This document shows, one piece after another, positions 53,513-64,000 of a DNA stretch of 64,000 nucleotides; positions within the stretch are counted from its first letter, which is position 1, and each line of letters begins with the position of its first letter. The notes beneath the pieces are model-generated. The model was given only the letters and a program-made list of their open reading frames with translations. It was not told the DNA's origin and searched no databases. The translations under genes and the position numbers were made by a program. Origin of the DNA: the human T2T-CHM13v2.0 reference genome, Homo sapiens; the NCBI RefSeq assembly GCF_009914755.1, contig NC_060926.1. One strand, given 5' to 3'.

Positions 53513-54144
53513 GTAAGTCTCTCTGACTTTCATTTTGCCAAAGTTTTTTTGCCATTTATGATGCTAAATCAAATGTCTTTGAAGGGAATAGAACTAGTGA
53601 TTTGCTTTAAAGGCCATTCTTTTGTGTTAATATGTTTTTAATGTACGCAAAGTTAGAGAAGACTTGTTTCCCAAATTAGCAATAAACATAAAAACATGAA
53701 ATACAATTTGGGGCCAGAGCGTATTTTCCTTCTTCATTTTTGGCCATTATAACCTATCGAGACTATAAATGGTAGAGCTTATATTCTAACACTGTTTCTC
53801 CTTTAGCTGTACATAGAAAGAAAAATACATTGTGTTTTACTTACCATTGAGAATACTGAAATGTAGAAAGCAGTGTGTTGCTAGTCAGAACATTAAAATC
53901 AAGGAATATCAAAATTCAGCAAAGCAAAAAAGTATTATTAGCATACAGTAGTCATTTAGTGCCTAATATAGCCTAAGTCATCTTTGGAAGAAAAATGTGT
54001 ATTAGATGGCCTGTGGGATACCTCATATGAGGTGGGGTCTGTTTGCTAGGGGTTTAGGATGGTTAAGGTGCAAGGTTAGCCCGGGCAGCTATGACAGCTT
54101 GATTTGGCATTATGTTCTTGCTTTCAAAATCTAATTGATGATGA

Positions 54145-54448
54145 ACGGGTGTGGTGGCTCATGCCTGTAATCCCAGAACTTCGGGAGGCCGAGGCGGGCA
54201 GGTCACTTGAGGTTAGGAGTTTGAGACCAGCCTGGCCAACATGGTGAAACCCCGTCTCTAGTGAAAATACAAAAGTTAGCGGGTATGATGGAGCATGCCT
54301 ATAATCACAGCTACTCAGGAGGCTGAGGCAGGAGAATGCCTTAAACCCGGCAGGTGGAGTTGCAGTGAGCCGAGATGGCACCACTGCACTCCAGCCTGGG
54401 CAAAAAGAGTAAGACTCTATCTCCAAAAAAAAAAAAAAAAAAAAACAA
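54145..54448 (+). mobile_element. Alu (AluS-like), intron 13
   Basis: Dimer and poly-A; perfect 14-nt TSD ctaattgatgatga at 54131-54144 and 54449-54462. Confidence 0.94.
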
Positions 54449-55270
54449 CTAATTGATGATGAGTGTCTGTCCACTATGGGGCTGCTGGTACTGGTGCCTT
54501 ACTGAGGCAGCTTTGCAGAAGTGAGTCCTCACTGTCTCAGGAGCTGATGCTTACATCTGCATATTGTCAATCATTTTTGTCACCAAATATAGTTCCTTAT
54601 ATTTCTGTATACTTTTATGTACTTTTATTATTATCATGTTAATATTACTTGTGTACATTCCCAGCTCCATAGCTAGAGATGATTTTCTATTTATCGGTGT
54701 GATTATCAAGAACCCATTGGCATGGTGCTAGTATGCTGTTTGCTTACCTGACCTTAAGCTCTCTGTTTCGTCATCTCTACAATGGAGATCATAATAATAG
54801 TATCTTTTTAGAGGCCTGTTGTGAGGATTAAATGAGTTAAGATATGTAAATCGAGTATTATAATCGTTGGTATCATCATTATTATTGATACTTCTTATAG
54901 TAGCCCTATAAAGTTAGAATGGTGGTATCTCCACGTTACCTATGATGAAACTTGGACTCTGAAAGGTTAAGTGACTTGCTAGCTAAGTAAGGGGTAGAGC
55001 TGCGTTTCAAACCCAAATCTGTGTGGCTGCTGGGTCACACTCTTCTATACCACACTGCCTCCATGCCCTGGTCAAAGTGTTCTTCAAACACAATTTTACT
55101 AAAGGACAGAATGGAAATTTGATGTGTGGCAAAGTACATTTAAAGCTTGAATTCTGCATTGGTAATTGTCACACAGGGAAATGAACTGTGTGGAATAGCC
55201 AGTCACCTACATCGATGCCTTCCTGAGTCCTGAATGGTGTAAATTGACAATAGTTTTCGTTTTCCTACAG

Positions 55271-55386
55271 GTTCACTTCTTAAAAGAGGGATGTGGAGAC
55301 GACAATGTATGTAACAGCAACCTTAAACTAGAATATAAATTTTGCACCCGAGAAGGAAATCAAGACAAATTTTCTTATTTACCAAT
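55271..55386 (+). CDS. ITGA6: ITGA6 exon 14 (VHFLKEGCGDDNVCNSNL...SYLP), 116 nt, genu region
   Basis: ctacag| acceptor and AT|gtaaga donor; CGDDNVC genu motif. Confidence 0.95.
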
Positions 55387-55511
55387 GTAAGAATCGTTGT
55401 GTAGCACTAGCAAAAATGATTCTGGCTTCATGGTGGCTTTGTGTTAAGAAAGTTTACTGGAAACGTATTGAGGACTTTGCCTTTTTGTTCTTGTTTTCTT
55501 ATTTTTAATAG

Positions 55512-55701
55512 TCAAAAAGGTGTACCAGAACTAGTTCTAAAAGATCAGAAGGATATTGCTTTAGAAATAACAGTGACAAACAGCCCTTCCAACCCAAGGA
55601 ATCCCACAAAAGATGGCGATGACGCCCATGAGGCTAAACTGATTGCAACGTTTCCAGACACTTTAACCTATTCTGCATATAGAGAACTGAGGGCTTTCCC
55701 T
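55512..55701 (+). CDS. ITGA6: ITGA6 exon 15 (IQKGVPEL...RELRAFP), 190 nt
   Basis: taatag| acceptor and CCT|gtaagt donor. Confidence 0.95.
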
Positions 55702-55794
55702 GTAAGTATTGTTAGAGACCAGCTGAGAGGGGAAAAAAATCAACACTGTGTGGCAAATGAGTGGATTGTGACCTAGCGTGTGTTTCTTTTACAG

Positions 55795-55878
55795 GAGAAA
55801 CAGTTGAGTTGTGTTGCCAACCAGAATGGCTCGCAAGCTGACTGTGAGCTCGGAAATCCTTTTAAAAGAAATTCAAAT
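55795..55878 (+). CDS. ITGA6: ITGA6 exon 16 (EKQLSCVANQ...CELGNPFKRNSN), 84 nt
   Basis: ttacag| acceptor and AAT|gtaggt donor; CxLGNP integrin-alpha motif. Confidence 0.95.
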
Positions 55879-55975
55879 GTAGGTGATGCCTTCATATACT
55901 GTATTTTACTGTTTTAAATACCATTGCAGTGTCTGTATGCATGGCCTGTGTTAACAGCTATTTATGTTTTTTTAG

Positions 55976-56055
55976 GTCACTTTTTATTTGGTTTTAAGTA
56001 CAACTGAAGTCACCTTTGACACCCCAGATCTGGATATTAATCTGAAGTTAGAAAC
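55976..56055 (+). CDS. ITGA6: ITGA6 exon 17 (VTFYLVLST...NLKLE), 80 nt
   Basis: ttttag| acceptor and AC|gtaaga donor. Confidence 0.95.
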
Positions 56056-56208
56056 GTAAGAGTTACATCAACCTCTCCATTCAGAATTATTTCATGAAAA
56101 TATGGGCAGTCAATGAATTGGCCCTGATCTACCTCATAAAAGAAGTCTAATTGTAGTGAGAAAACTGACTGGTAAAATACAACCCTATTGTTTCCTTTTC
56201 ATTTTCAG

Positions 56209-56286
56209 AACAAGCAATCAAGATAATTTGGCTCCAATTACAGCTAAAGCAAAAGTGGTTATTGAACTGCTTTTATCGGTCTCGGG
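56209..56286 (+). CDS. ITGA6: ITGA6 exon 18 (TTSNQDNL...LLSVS), 78 nt
   Basis: tttcag| acceptor and GG|gtaagt donor. Confidence 0.95.
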
Positions 56287-56373
56287 GTAAGTGTTTGTGT
56301 TTAGCATAACAAATCAATGTTTGAAAGAACCATTTACAATCCTCATTAAAACTGGTGTTTTTTAATTTGACAG

Positions 56374-56476
56374 AGTTGCTAAACCTTCCCAGGTGTATTT
56401 TGGAGGTACAGTTGTTGGCGAGCAAGCTATGAAATCTGAAGATGAAGTGGGAAGTTTAATAGAGTATGAATTCAGG
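56374..56476 (+). CDS. ITGA6: ITGA6 exon 19 (GVAKPSQVYF...IEYEFR), 103 nt
   Basis: tgacag| acceptor and AGG|gtaagt donor. Confidence 0.95.
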
Positions 56477-57732
56477 GTAAGTTGGAGCAGTTGGTCTTTT
56501 CATTATACCAAAAGCTGACATATACTAGGTATGGTCTTGAGTATGTCATTTTAATAAATCAGCAATATTAATAAGCATTGTAAGTAAATCATGAGTTAAA
56601 AATTAGTTTGCCAGCTTTTAAAGAACATACTGGCTTATAGTAAAAATTTTATCCTCCAGGATGGAGAACAATTGTCACTGTTCAGAATCCAGTTCAGTTT
56701 AGAATGCGTTATGATTTATTCCTTCCTCCTTTATAAGGTCATCTTTCTCACTGCTTGTGGTTGAAAGAATATTAATGTATGCCTACCTTTCACAAGCCCA
56801 GTTTTTGTGGTGAATGTAGATTTGGTATATGCCTGTAGGAAAGGCAGTGACTGGCTCTGAACCATTTCAAAGTAGGCAATCACAGTGACTCTCTGTCCTG
56901 TTGAATAAACATAAACATAGGGTACAGAGTCTGTTCGTAACTCACACATGGGTTTAGGTCTGTGTGGCTGAAATCACATTCCTGAAGGCATAGTGACCAC
57001 TGTGGTGAAAGCCTCAAATGGCAAGCATGGGCCCACCTGACTCCGGCAGAATGAAGAGGCTGAATTCTCCTCTGTGTGTCTCTTAGCATTATAGACACAG
57101 CTGGGGCAGGTGGTGGTGGTGGTTATGATCTCTATGCAGGTGCAGCTGGAAAAGAAGTCTTTGGGTTCTGGAACAGTCTCGACACCAAGAGGGCTCTTAC
57201 CTCCTGTGTTTGGCTTCTGCCGCAGGACGTCACTCTGTTCCCAGCTTGGACTCTCAGATTCATGGCTGTCCTAATAATGGTTTTGCAGAATCTCCTCTGG
57301 GACAGAGGCAGCTTCATTTTTGCAGTGGATGGGGTTTTCCAGAAGCAGGTTGTTGGTACACTGCCTTGGCCCAGGACTTGTCATTGGCCAAGCAGGGTGG
57401 TTACAGGGCAGTTCACAAATTCACACATGATTTTCCCTGGGCGTATGTTGAGAACATGGTATATCTACACTGCTGATTCTGTTGCATACAGCAGTTGTTC
57501 CTAGAACGAGTTAGCTATCAGTTGTCCTTTGACCTTTTTGTTTTTATTTACAAAAATCTTTAGGCACAAGTCTTTATTTTGAATGCCCTATCTATAGTCC
57601 ATTTTTGGAGCCTGTGCTTTTATTATAGGATTACGTTAGATATTTTAGCTTCTTTCTCTTGGTAAAAGGAGCTGCTACTTAAATTTACATTGAGAAGATT
57701 AGACTGAGATAATATGTATTATTTTCTAACAG

Positions 57733-57906
57733 GTAATAAACTTAGGTAAACCTCTTACAAACCTCGGCACAGCAACCTTGAACATTCAGTGGCCAAAAGA
57801 AATTAGCAATGGGAAATGGTTGCTTTATTTGGTGAAAGTAGAATCCAAAGGATTGGAAAAGGTAACTTGTGAGCCACAAAAGGAGATAAACTCCCTGAAC
57901 CTAACG
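57733..57906 (+). CDS. ITGA6: ITGA6 exon 20 (VINLGKPL...EINSLNLT), 174 nt
   Basis: taacag| acceptor and ACG|gtatgt donor. Confidence 0.95.
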
Positions 57907-58339
57907 GTATGTCGGTAGATTTATCTAATGTCTCCATAAATGCAAATTAGAGAAACTAACTTGTTAGGGGAAAATCATTACTGTTCTTAGGAAAGTGGCA
58001 TATTCTGGCAGGTTGACTTTCTCTTTGGTTGTCACAATTTCTCTTTTCTAGTTGGGTAACTGAGGGAGGCTGAGGCATTTTTGCTGGTTAATGACCATTA
58101 TAGTACATAAGGCAGAGTCATTCAGTGCTTGCTGAGGCAAATGGTATTTTCTGATGTTTCATCATGACCCAGTATGTTACATAATAAGGAGAACTGGGGG
58201 ATGCTCCTGGGGTAATAGTAGCTGCTGTTATCCAGGGGCCAGCCAGTGTTCACTCCAAGTAGAACCAAACTCATTGGAAAAGATAATGGCATCTCAGCAA
58301 GTAACCTTGAAAGCTTTTTATGCTTATTTTTAAAATAGT

Positions 58340-58580
58340 AATTATTTATTGTGTACTCATTGTGTCTCAGGAACTATGCTAAGCATTTTGTTTTCATTTT
58401 CTCATTTCATTCTCTGGATGGTCCTATGAGGGCGTTTCATTATCCTCACCATTTCACAGATGAGGACATTAAGATTCAGAGAGCAAGTAACTCTCTCAGT
58501 CACTCAGGCGTTAAGAGACAGATTCCACATACAAGCCCTGCTCTGCCTGATGTCAAAGCCTGTACTGTTAACCCCTCTCT
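58340..58580 (-). mobile_element. MIR SINE
   Basis: tttattgtgtactc...catttcacagatgaggac..aagattcagagag. Confidence 0.65.
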
Positions 58581-59271
58581 CTATACTGCTCCATGCTTAG
58601 ATAACTGGCCTATCATTTGTGTTCCAGTTTGATGAAGGTTTGCATGTTTATTTCTTTTATTTTAAATTCTAAGGTGACTGGGTATGATCAGTGATCAGAG
58701 TTGGTGGCTTATAGCATGATCTTCTACTCATCAATGTTAAAAATCAAGATAATCGGTTATTACTAATCTTTGCTATAAGGAAAATGCAATTTTAAAAGTT
58801 CTTGTATGGCTTAGTTTTCATTGCTCTGCTCTGAATGAGCTATATAATGGGTCTTTTTGCTTCTTTCTCTGTTCTTCAGTGTCACTTATTCCTTCAAGAT
58901 GTGCTGACTACCATGTTTTAGGAACAGAGCTGGAGGCTAGGGATACAGGAATAAGATTTGATCTCTGATCTCAGTATGCCCACAGTTTGGTGGGGATACA
59001 GAGGAACAAAGAAAGCATATTTCTCTTTCTCTGAGTTTTAAGGTCAGAGTGGGAATGAATTACTTAGTCCTATGAGTAAATCAATAAACTTGAATTTAGA
59101 GTGATAATACTTGCTGGTTTTACACTTACTTCTGTGCCTTTGGCAGGAGAGAGGCAAATATTGTTGATTATGTGAATCTGGCACTGTTTGGGAGGATATG
59201 CTCAAGAGGCTTGTATGGTAATGACAAAGAATTACATAAATTGGAACTATTTTGGATATAATTTTTTTCAG

Positions 59272-59370
59272 GAGTCTCACAACTCAAGAAAGAAACGGGA
59301 AATTACTGAAAAACAGATAGATGATAACAGAAAATTTTCTTTATTTGCTGAAAGAAAATACCAGACTCTT
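59272..59370 (+). CDS. ITGA6: ITGA6 exon 21 (ESHNSRKKRE...RKYQTL), 99 nt; furin-type heavy/light chain cleavage site
   Basis: tttcag| acceptor and CTT|gtaagt donor; RKKR codons at 59287-59298. Confidence 0.95.
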
Positions 59371-59468
59371 GTAAGTATTTTTCAAGAGCTGTGAATATTT
59401 GAGAGGATGAGGGGAAGGATTTCTTCAGAACAATGTCTTTTGATGACCATTCTTCTTTTTCTCTCTAG

Positions 59469-59579
59469 AACTGTAGCGTGAACGTGAACTGTGTGAACAT
59501 CAGATGCCCGCTGCGGGGGCTGGACAGCAAGGCGTCTCTTATTTTGCGCTCGAGGTTATGGAACAGCACATTTCTAGAG
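59469..59579 (+). CDS. ITGA6: ITGA6 exon 22 (NCSVNVNC...RLWNSTFLE), 111 nt
   Basis: ctctag| acceptor and GAG|gtatga donor; LWNSTF motif. Confidence 0.95.
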
Positions 59580-59672
59580 GTATGACCTTGGCTTGAGGCT
59601 GTCCCATGGAAGTAATTTGCCTTTGCCTAGGACACTTTTCACTTCCCTAATGCATTCACTGTCTCCAAACAG

Positions 59673-59771
59673 GAATATTCCAAACTGAACTACTTGGACA
59701 TTCTCATGCGAGCCTTCATTGATGTGACTGCTGCTGCCGAAAATATCAGGCTGCCAAATGCAGGCACTCAG
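59673..59771 (+). CDS. ITGA6: ITGA6 exon 23 (EYSKLNYLD...NAGTQ), 99 nt; last exon in the window
   Basis: aaacag| acceptor and CAG|gtgaga donor; no transmembrane exon found in the remaining 4.2 kb. Confidence 0.95.
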
Positions 59772-59929
59772 GTGAGAGGTTCCCCAGCTTCATTCAGGTT
59801 CAGAACATGTCTCTTTTCCCTGTACCCCACACTCATGTCCTGAAGTCATGTGCTTTGGTGCTCATTTCCCTCATAGCCCCATTACGGAGAAAACTGTCTT
59901 AAGGTACTGGCACTGCAAGCTGTATTTTA

Positions 59930-60860
59930 ATAGAATCATTGAAAAAAAGAAGTAAATCTAGGGTCATCCAGTTCAGCAGTGCCCATGGTAGGTTTGAGAA
60001 CTACTGGCTCAATTCAGAGAATGGGTGCACCTCACAGCCCTCTAGAAACCTGTGTCTTCTACCATCTCTAATGCTGCAGCCATTGGTGTAATGCCCCAGT
60101 GATGGCCCATCCCTTGGCCAGCTGTAATTATTAAAAAAGATCTCTTCATAGCTGACTCCTGAACTGAACCTTGTAAGTCCCTGGTTATGCCCCTCAAACA
60201 AGTCTAAAATAAGTTCTCTCTCTTGGCCATGTAGCAGCCTCTCAAATAATTGAAGGAAATGGTCATGCCTCCTTGGATGTTTCTTATTCTTCTCAGAGCT
60301 TATGCACCCAGCTCTTGAGTTATGCGTCACATTGGGCACAGCTGAACTGGCTCCTGGCCTCTCCCTTCCTGGGCAATTTGATTCCCACGTGGACAGAGCA
60401 GCTGAGGTGGGGTCTGCTTGGTCCCACTTACCCTGGGGCCTTTACCTCTCAGCATCTCGGCACCACACTTCTGTCAGACCTGCCTAAAATTTGCTTTTTC
60501 AAACCATTGCTGAGCAGCATGTTTGAATTTCTAGCAGCTGCTATTTTTGTGTTAGTGTTCTACTGAAACTTCCAGGTGTTTTCATCAGAATTTGTTGTCA
60601 AGCTGTGTTTCCAGTATCCTGTCCTTGAGCTATTTGTAAAAATCTAAATGTATGCCTTTAAGTGTATCCTTACATTTTATGTGATTTGCTTTGGGTCCAT
60701 TGTTTCAGTTTGCAAAGTAATTCTGAATCTTGCTTCATCATTTGCTTTCTCAACTTTCTATCCCTGAAAGTTTTAAAAACTGAGAAGCATGTTCTCTATG
60801 TCTTCATCCAGGTAATGACAAATATGTTGAATAGGACTAGGTGTAGAACCTTGTAGTGAA
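59930..60860 (-). mobile_element. L3/CR1 LINE relic
   Basis: tagaatcat...gggtcatccagttca and cttcatccaggtaatgacaaatatgttgaatagga patterns; ends approximate. Confidence 0.55.
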
Positions 60861-61151
60861 CCAATAGTGAGGGGTTCCCTGTGGGAGTCTAGAACCCACA
60901 GGGACTTGTATAAAGATCTCGAGGCAGAATGACTGCATGTCATGGTGGGAATAATGAATGGGAATGTTTTGCAAAAGAGACTGGAGAAAGAAATACTGTG
61001 AATTACTGTTCTTAAGTTAATCTGCCAGTCTACTTATGGAAATGTTCTGGCTTCAGTCATTTAGCTAGCTGAAAATTCAGGGAGCCTCCCTAATCATTCT
61101 GTTTTCTGAAATATAGCAGTCCTTACGATTTATTATCCAAGCAAGAATACA

Positions 61152-61455
61152 TTTTTGTTTTTATTTAGTTTTTTGAGATGGAGTCTTGCTCTGTTACCCA
61201 GGCTGGAGTGCAGTGGCGCAAACACAGCTCACTGCAGCCTTGAATGCCTGGGCTCAAGCAATCCTCCTGTCTCACCTCCTGAGTAGCTGGGACCACAGGC
61301 ATGCCACCACGCCCAGCTAATTTTTCAGTTTTTTTTGTATAGCCAGAGTCTCACCATGTTGCCCAGGCTGGTCTTTAACTCCTGGACTCAAGCAATCCGC
61401 CTGCCTCAGCCTCCCAAAATGCTGGGATTATAGGTGTGAGCCACTGCACCCAGCC
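61152..61455 (-). mobile_element. Alu (AluJ-like), intron 23
   Basis: Antisense dimer with T-rich tail. Confidence 0.92.
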
Positions 61456-62506
61456 CCAGGATACATTTGCCTGAGACAAATGCTGTACTGGGCAAGCTGC
61501 TGCGATAAGTGGTATCAACCAGCACTGTCCCGGTCTCTCCAGGACATATCAACAGGCATCATAAGGGACTTTCAAATAAACCACACCTTCCCTAAGGATC
61601 CTTTCTCTGCATCTATAAAGGCAGCAGGTATAGCTTTCTATAACTGTAAATCAGCAACTCTGAAAATCACTGAGATTTCAGAGCTAGACAGAGAACACTT
61701 TAGAGGGAAGGGACTAACATTAATGAAGCCTTAATAAAATGTCTGCAGCTTACTAGATACTTTATACTCTATCATTCAAACTTCAGAAGAATGCCAAGGG
61801 TAAACATTGTACTCATTTTACAAACAAGGAAGCAGACTCAGAGAGGGGATATAATTTGAGACCCTCAATTGAAACCTGTAATTGTCTGACTTCAGGGCTT
61901 CTGTTCTTTGACTCTGTGGCACTTGGTCCCCTTAAAGTCCCCAAATCTCAAATTGAGATAAGAAAACTGAATCCAAGGAAAGGTATCTCCCCGTCAGGGT
62001 CACCCGACCAGCAAGTAGAGCTGAGACCAGACCTTGGGTCTGATGTCTCCTCTTCAAGTGCTGTCTTCTTCTGGAAGATGATGGAACTCTGGGGGCCCTG
62101 GTGTCCAGTCTGATGACTGGGTCACAAATGAAAGTGAGGTTCTCTTGGGCATTTTATGTTCTTAGAGCTTGGAGAACTCATGCCTCCCAGTGGGAATTGA
62201 TGTCTTCACAAATTGGTAGATTTGTGAATGGGTTACTGGTCTCATATCTAGAACCCATGTCTTTTGAAAATTGAGACATTTTCTTAACCTCTAGTCTTCT
62301 GACACCTTTTCTGTTTTCTGTGATTTCTGACATACAATAGCTCAGATGTCATATCTGCACATTTCTTGAGTAGTTTGAGCTGTAGTTTTTCTGGGCTTGA
62401 AGATCTAAGCTTAATTTGGCTTAAAAAAGCAAAAAAACTTTTTTGTTTCTTTATAACCCCACGAATTTCAAGAGTTTTGTGTTCATCTTTTAATAAAACA
62501 CAGTTA

Positions 62507-62773
62507 AACTTTGGGAGGCCAAGGCAGGCGGATTGCTTGAGCCCAGGAGTTAGAGACCAGCCTGGGTAACATAGCAAAACCCCATCTCTACAAAAAAATA
62601 CAGAAATTAGCCAGGTGGGGTGGCACATGCCTGTATTCCCAGCTACCTGGGAGGCTGAGCTGAGAGGATCACCTCAGCTCAGGAAGTCGAGGCTGCAGTG
62701 AGCCAAGAGTGTGCCACTACACTCCAGCCAGGACAACAGAGTGAGGCCCTGTCTCAAAACAAACAATAAAAAA
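62507..62773 (+). mobile_element. Alu, 5'-truncated (AluJ-like)
   Basis: Starts at actttgggaggcc and ends in an A/C-rich tail. Confidence 0.9.
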
Positions 62774-64000
62774 CACTTCTAAATTAGGATACTATTATAA
62801 TGAAGTCAGGGAGAGCAGAAGTCACATGATTGAGCCAGGTAAGCCATGCTATATTTTAGCATCAGTTAAATTAAATCCATCTTGTTAATAAACACCCATG
62901 AAAGACACATGTATGCCTTCCCTGTGCTAAATGTTAGAGATGCAAAGTTGGGTAAGATACAGTGTCAACTGTTAAGAATGTCATGCTGTAGGAGACAGAA
63001 CCAGGAAAACACTGTCAAATTAGCCAGGGAAATTGAGGGGGATTGTTTATTGGTTGTATTTATATTGTCCCCATTTATCCCTAAGGAAGCAAGTAGAGAG
63101 TATCCAAGCTTCCTGGCTGTCAAAATTTTTTTTAAAATGACCAAAAAAATGCATAATTCTTCAGGGGAATAAGATTTTCCCTTTTGGCTCTAAATTCAGA
63201 GAACAACTTAAAATTCAGAGAACAACTTAAGATACGGATCCTTTTATAAGATGGCCTGTTATATGATAAACACCAAGAGTGGATGATGTCCTTAATAGAT
63301 AATTTTGTAAAAGATACGAAAATCCCTTCATTGGGTGACTTCCTGTACTGAATGAAGTTCAATGAGAACAGTGGGTGGTACATTACAGGGTAATTTAGAG
63401 AAGGTATTTTGGCAGTTGACAAGCTAATGTAGTCTCAGCACTGCTCACTGGTAATCGAATTTAATGCATCAACAGAGCTTATATCCCTCTTCCCCTTATG
63501 GGCACATGGTGGATGAGTTTCACAGGTGTGCGTCATCCCCATGGAAATAACTACATTGTAATGAAACCAAAGGTAAGAAATTATTTTTGGAGTTGTAAAG
63601 CTCTACAGTAGTTTCTACTCACCTGTTCATCAGTAACAGTTGGTGTGACAAGACAGAACAAGGCTTGGAGCTCTGGGAATCACAGCCCACCCTTTGTCTT
63701 CCATCTTTGGTCACCTGGCTCTATGGCCAGCTTCCCCTTGTTCTCAATCCCAGCTGGAGAATGACTGTCATACCAGAAACAAAAACAAAAAAAACAAAAA
63801 CACCTTCAGTTGACAGTTTAAGCAAACAACCAATAAAGTCTTCCTGACTGGCCTCTCGCCCTCCAGAACCACGGAGCACATCTGCCCTTTAAATGTGTAG
63901 CCAACCCAGTCCCTGACTTTGGTTCTCAGTCTTTGATGCCCAGTGAGTTAACAATATGTGGAAGTTCTGGTTTGAATGGTGCCAGGCCTGGGGCTTAGAG

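Noticed and set aside
57731-57738. AG|GTAATA at the start of exon 20 as a recursive splice site
   Set aside because: Dictated by Val-Ile codons and located after a short intron; no further support
59772-64000. Search for the transmembrane exon and the A/B cytoplasmic exons (GFFKR)
   Set aside because: No such coding sequence found; these exons must lie downstream of the window

Overview
Human genomic DNA from inside the integrin alpha-6 gene (ITGA6), on the + strand. The window starts in the very long intron 1 (positions 1-33786). It then holds coding exons 2-23 (numbered without X2) plus the 117-nt alternative exon X2, and ends in intron 23. Exon 1 (signal peptide) and the transmembrane/cytoplasmic exons lie outside the window. 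All exon boundaries were read by hand from AG/GT junctions; the phases join into one open frame matching the alpha-6 sequence as I recall it. Introns contain about 20 Alus and L2, L1, MIR, CR1, MLT1, Tigger4, MER81 and MER5A relics, identified by eye with approximate ends. The least-explained signals are: (1) a 37-nt near-perfect direct repeat bracketing exon X2, one copy covering its predicted branch point, plus a complementary segment just downstream of exon X1 and a cluster of RBFOX/QKI motifs; (2) a 78-nt inverted duplication pasted into an old L2; (3) a p63/p53-C/EBP site with a nearby AP-1/KLF/ETS cluster in intron 1; (4) minus-strand splice and poly(A) signals across exon 2; (5) an in-frame echo of exon 16 inside intron 15. 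No prokaryote-type systems are present.
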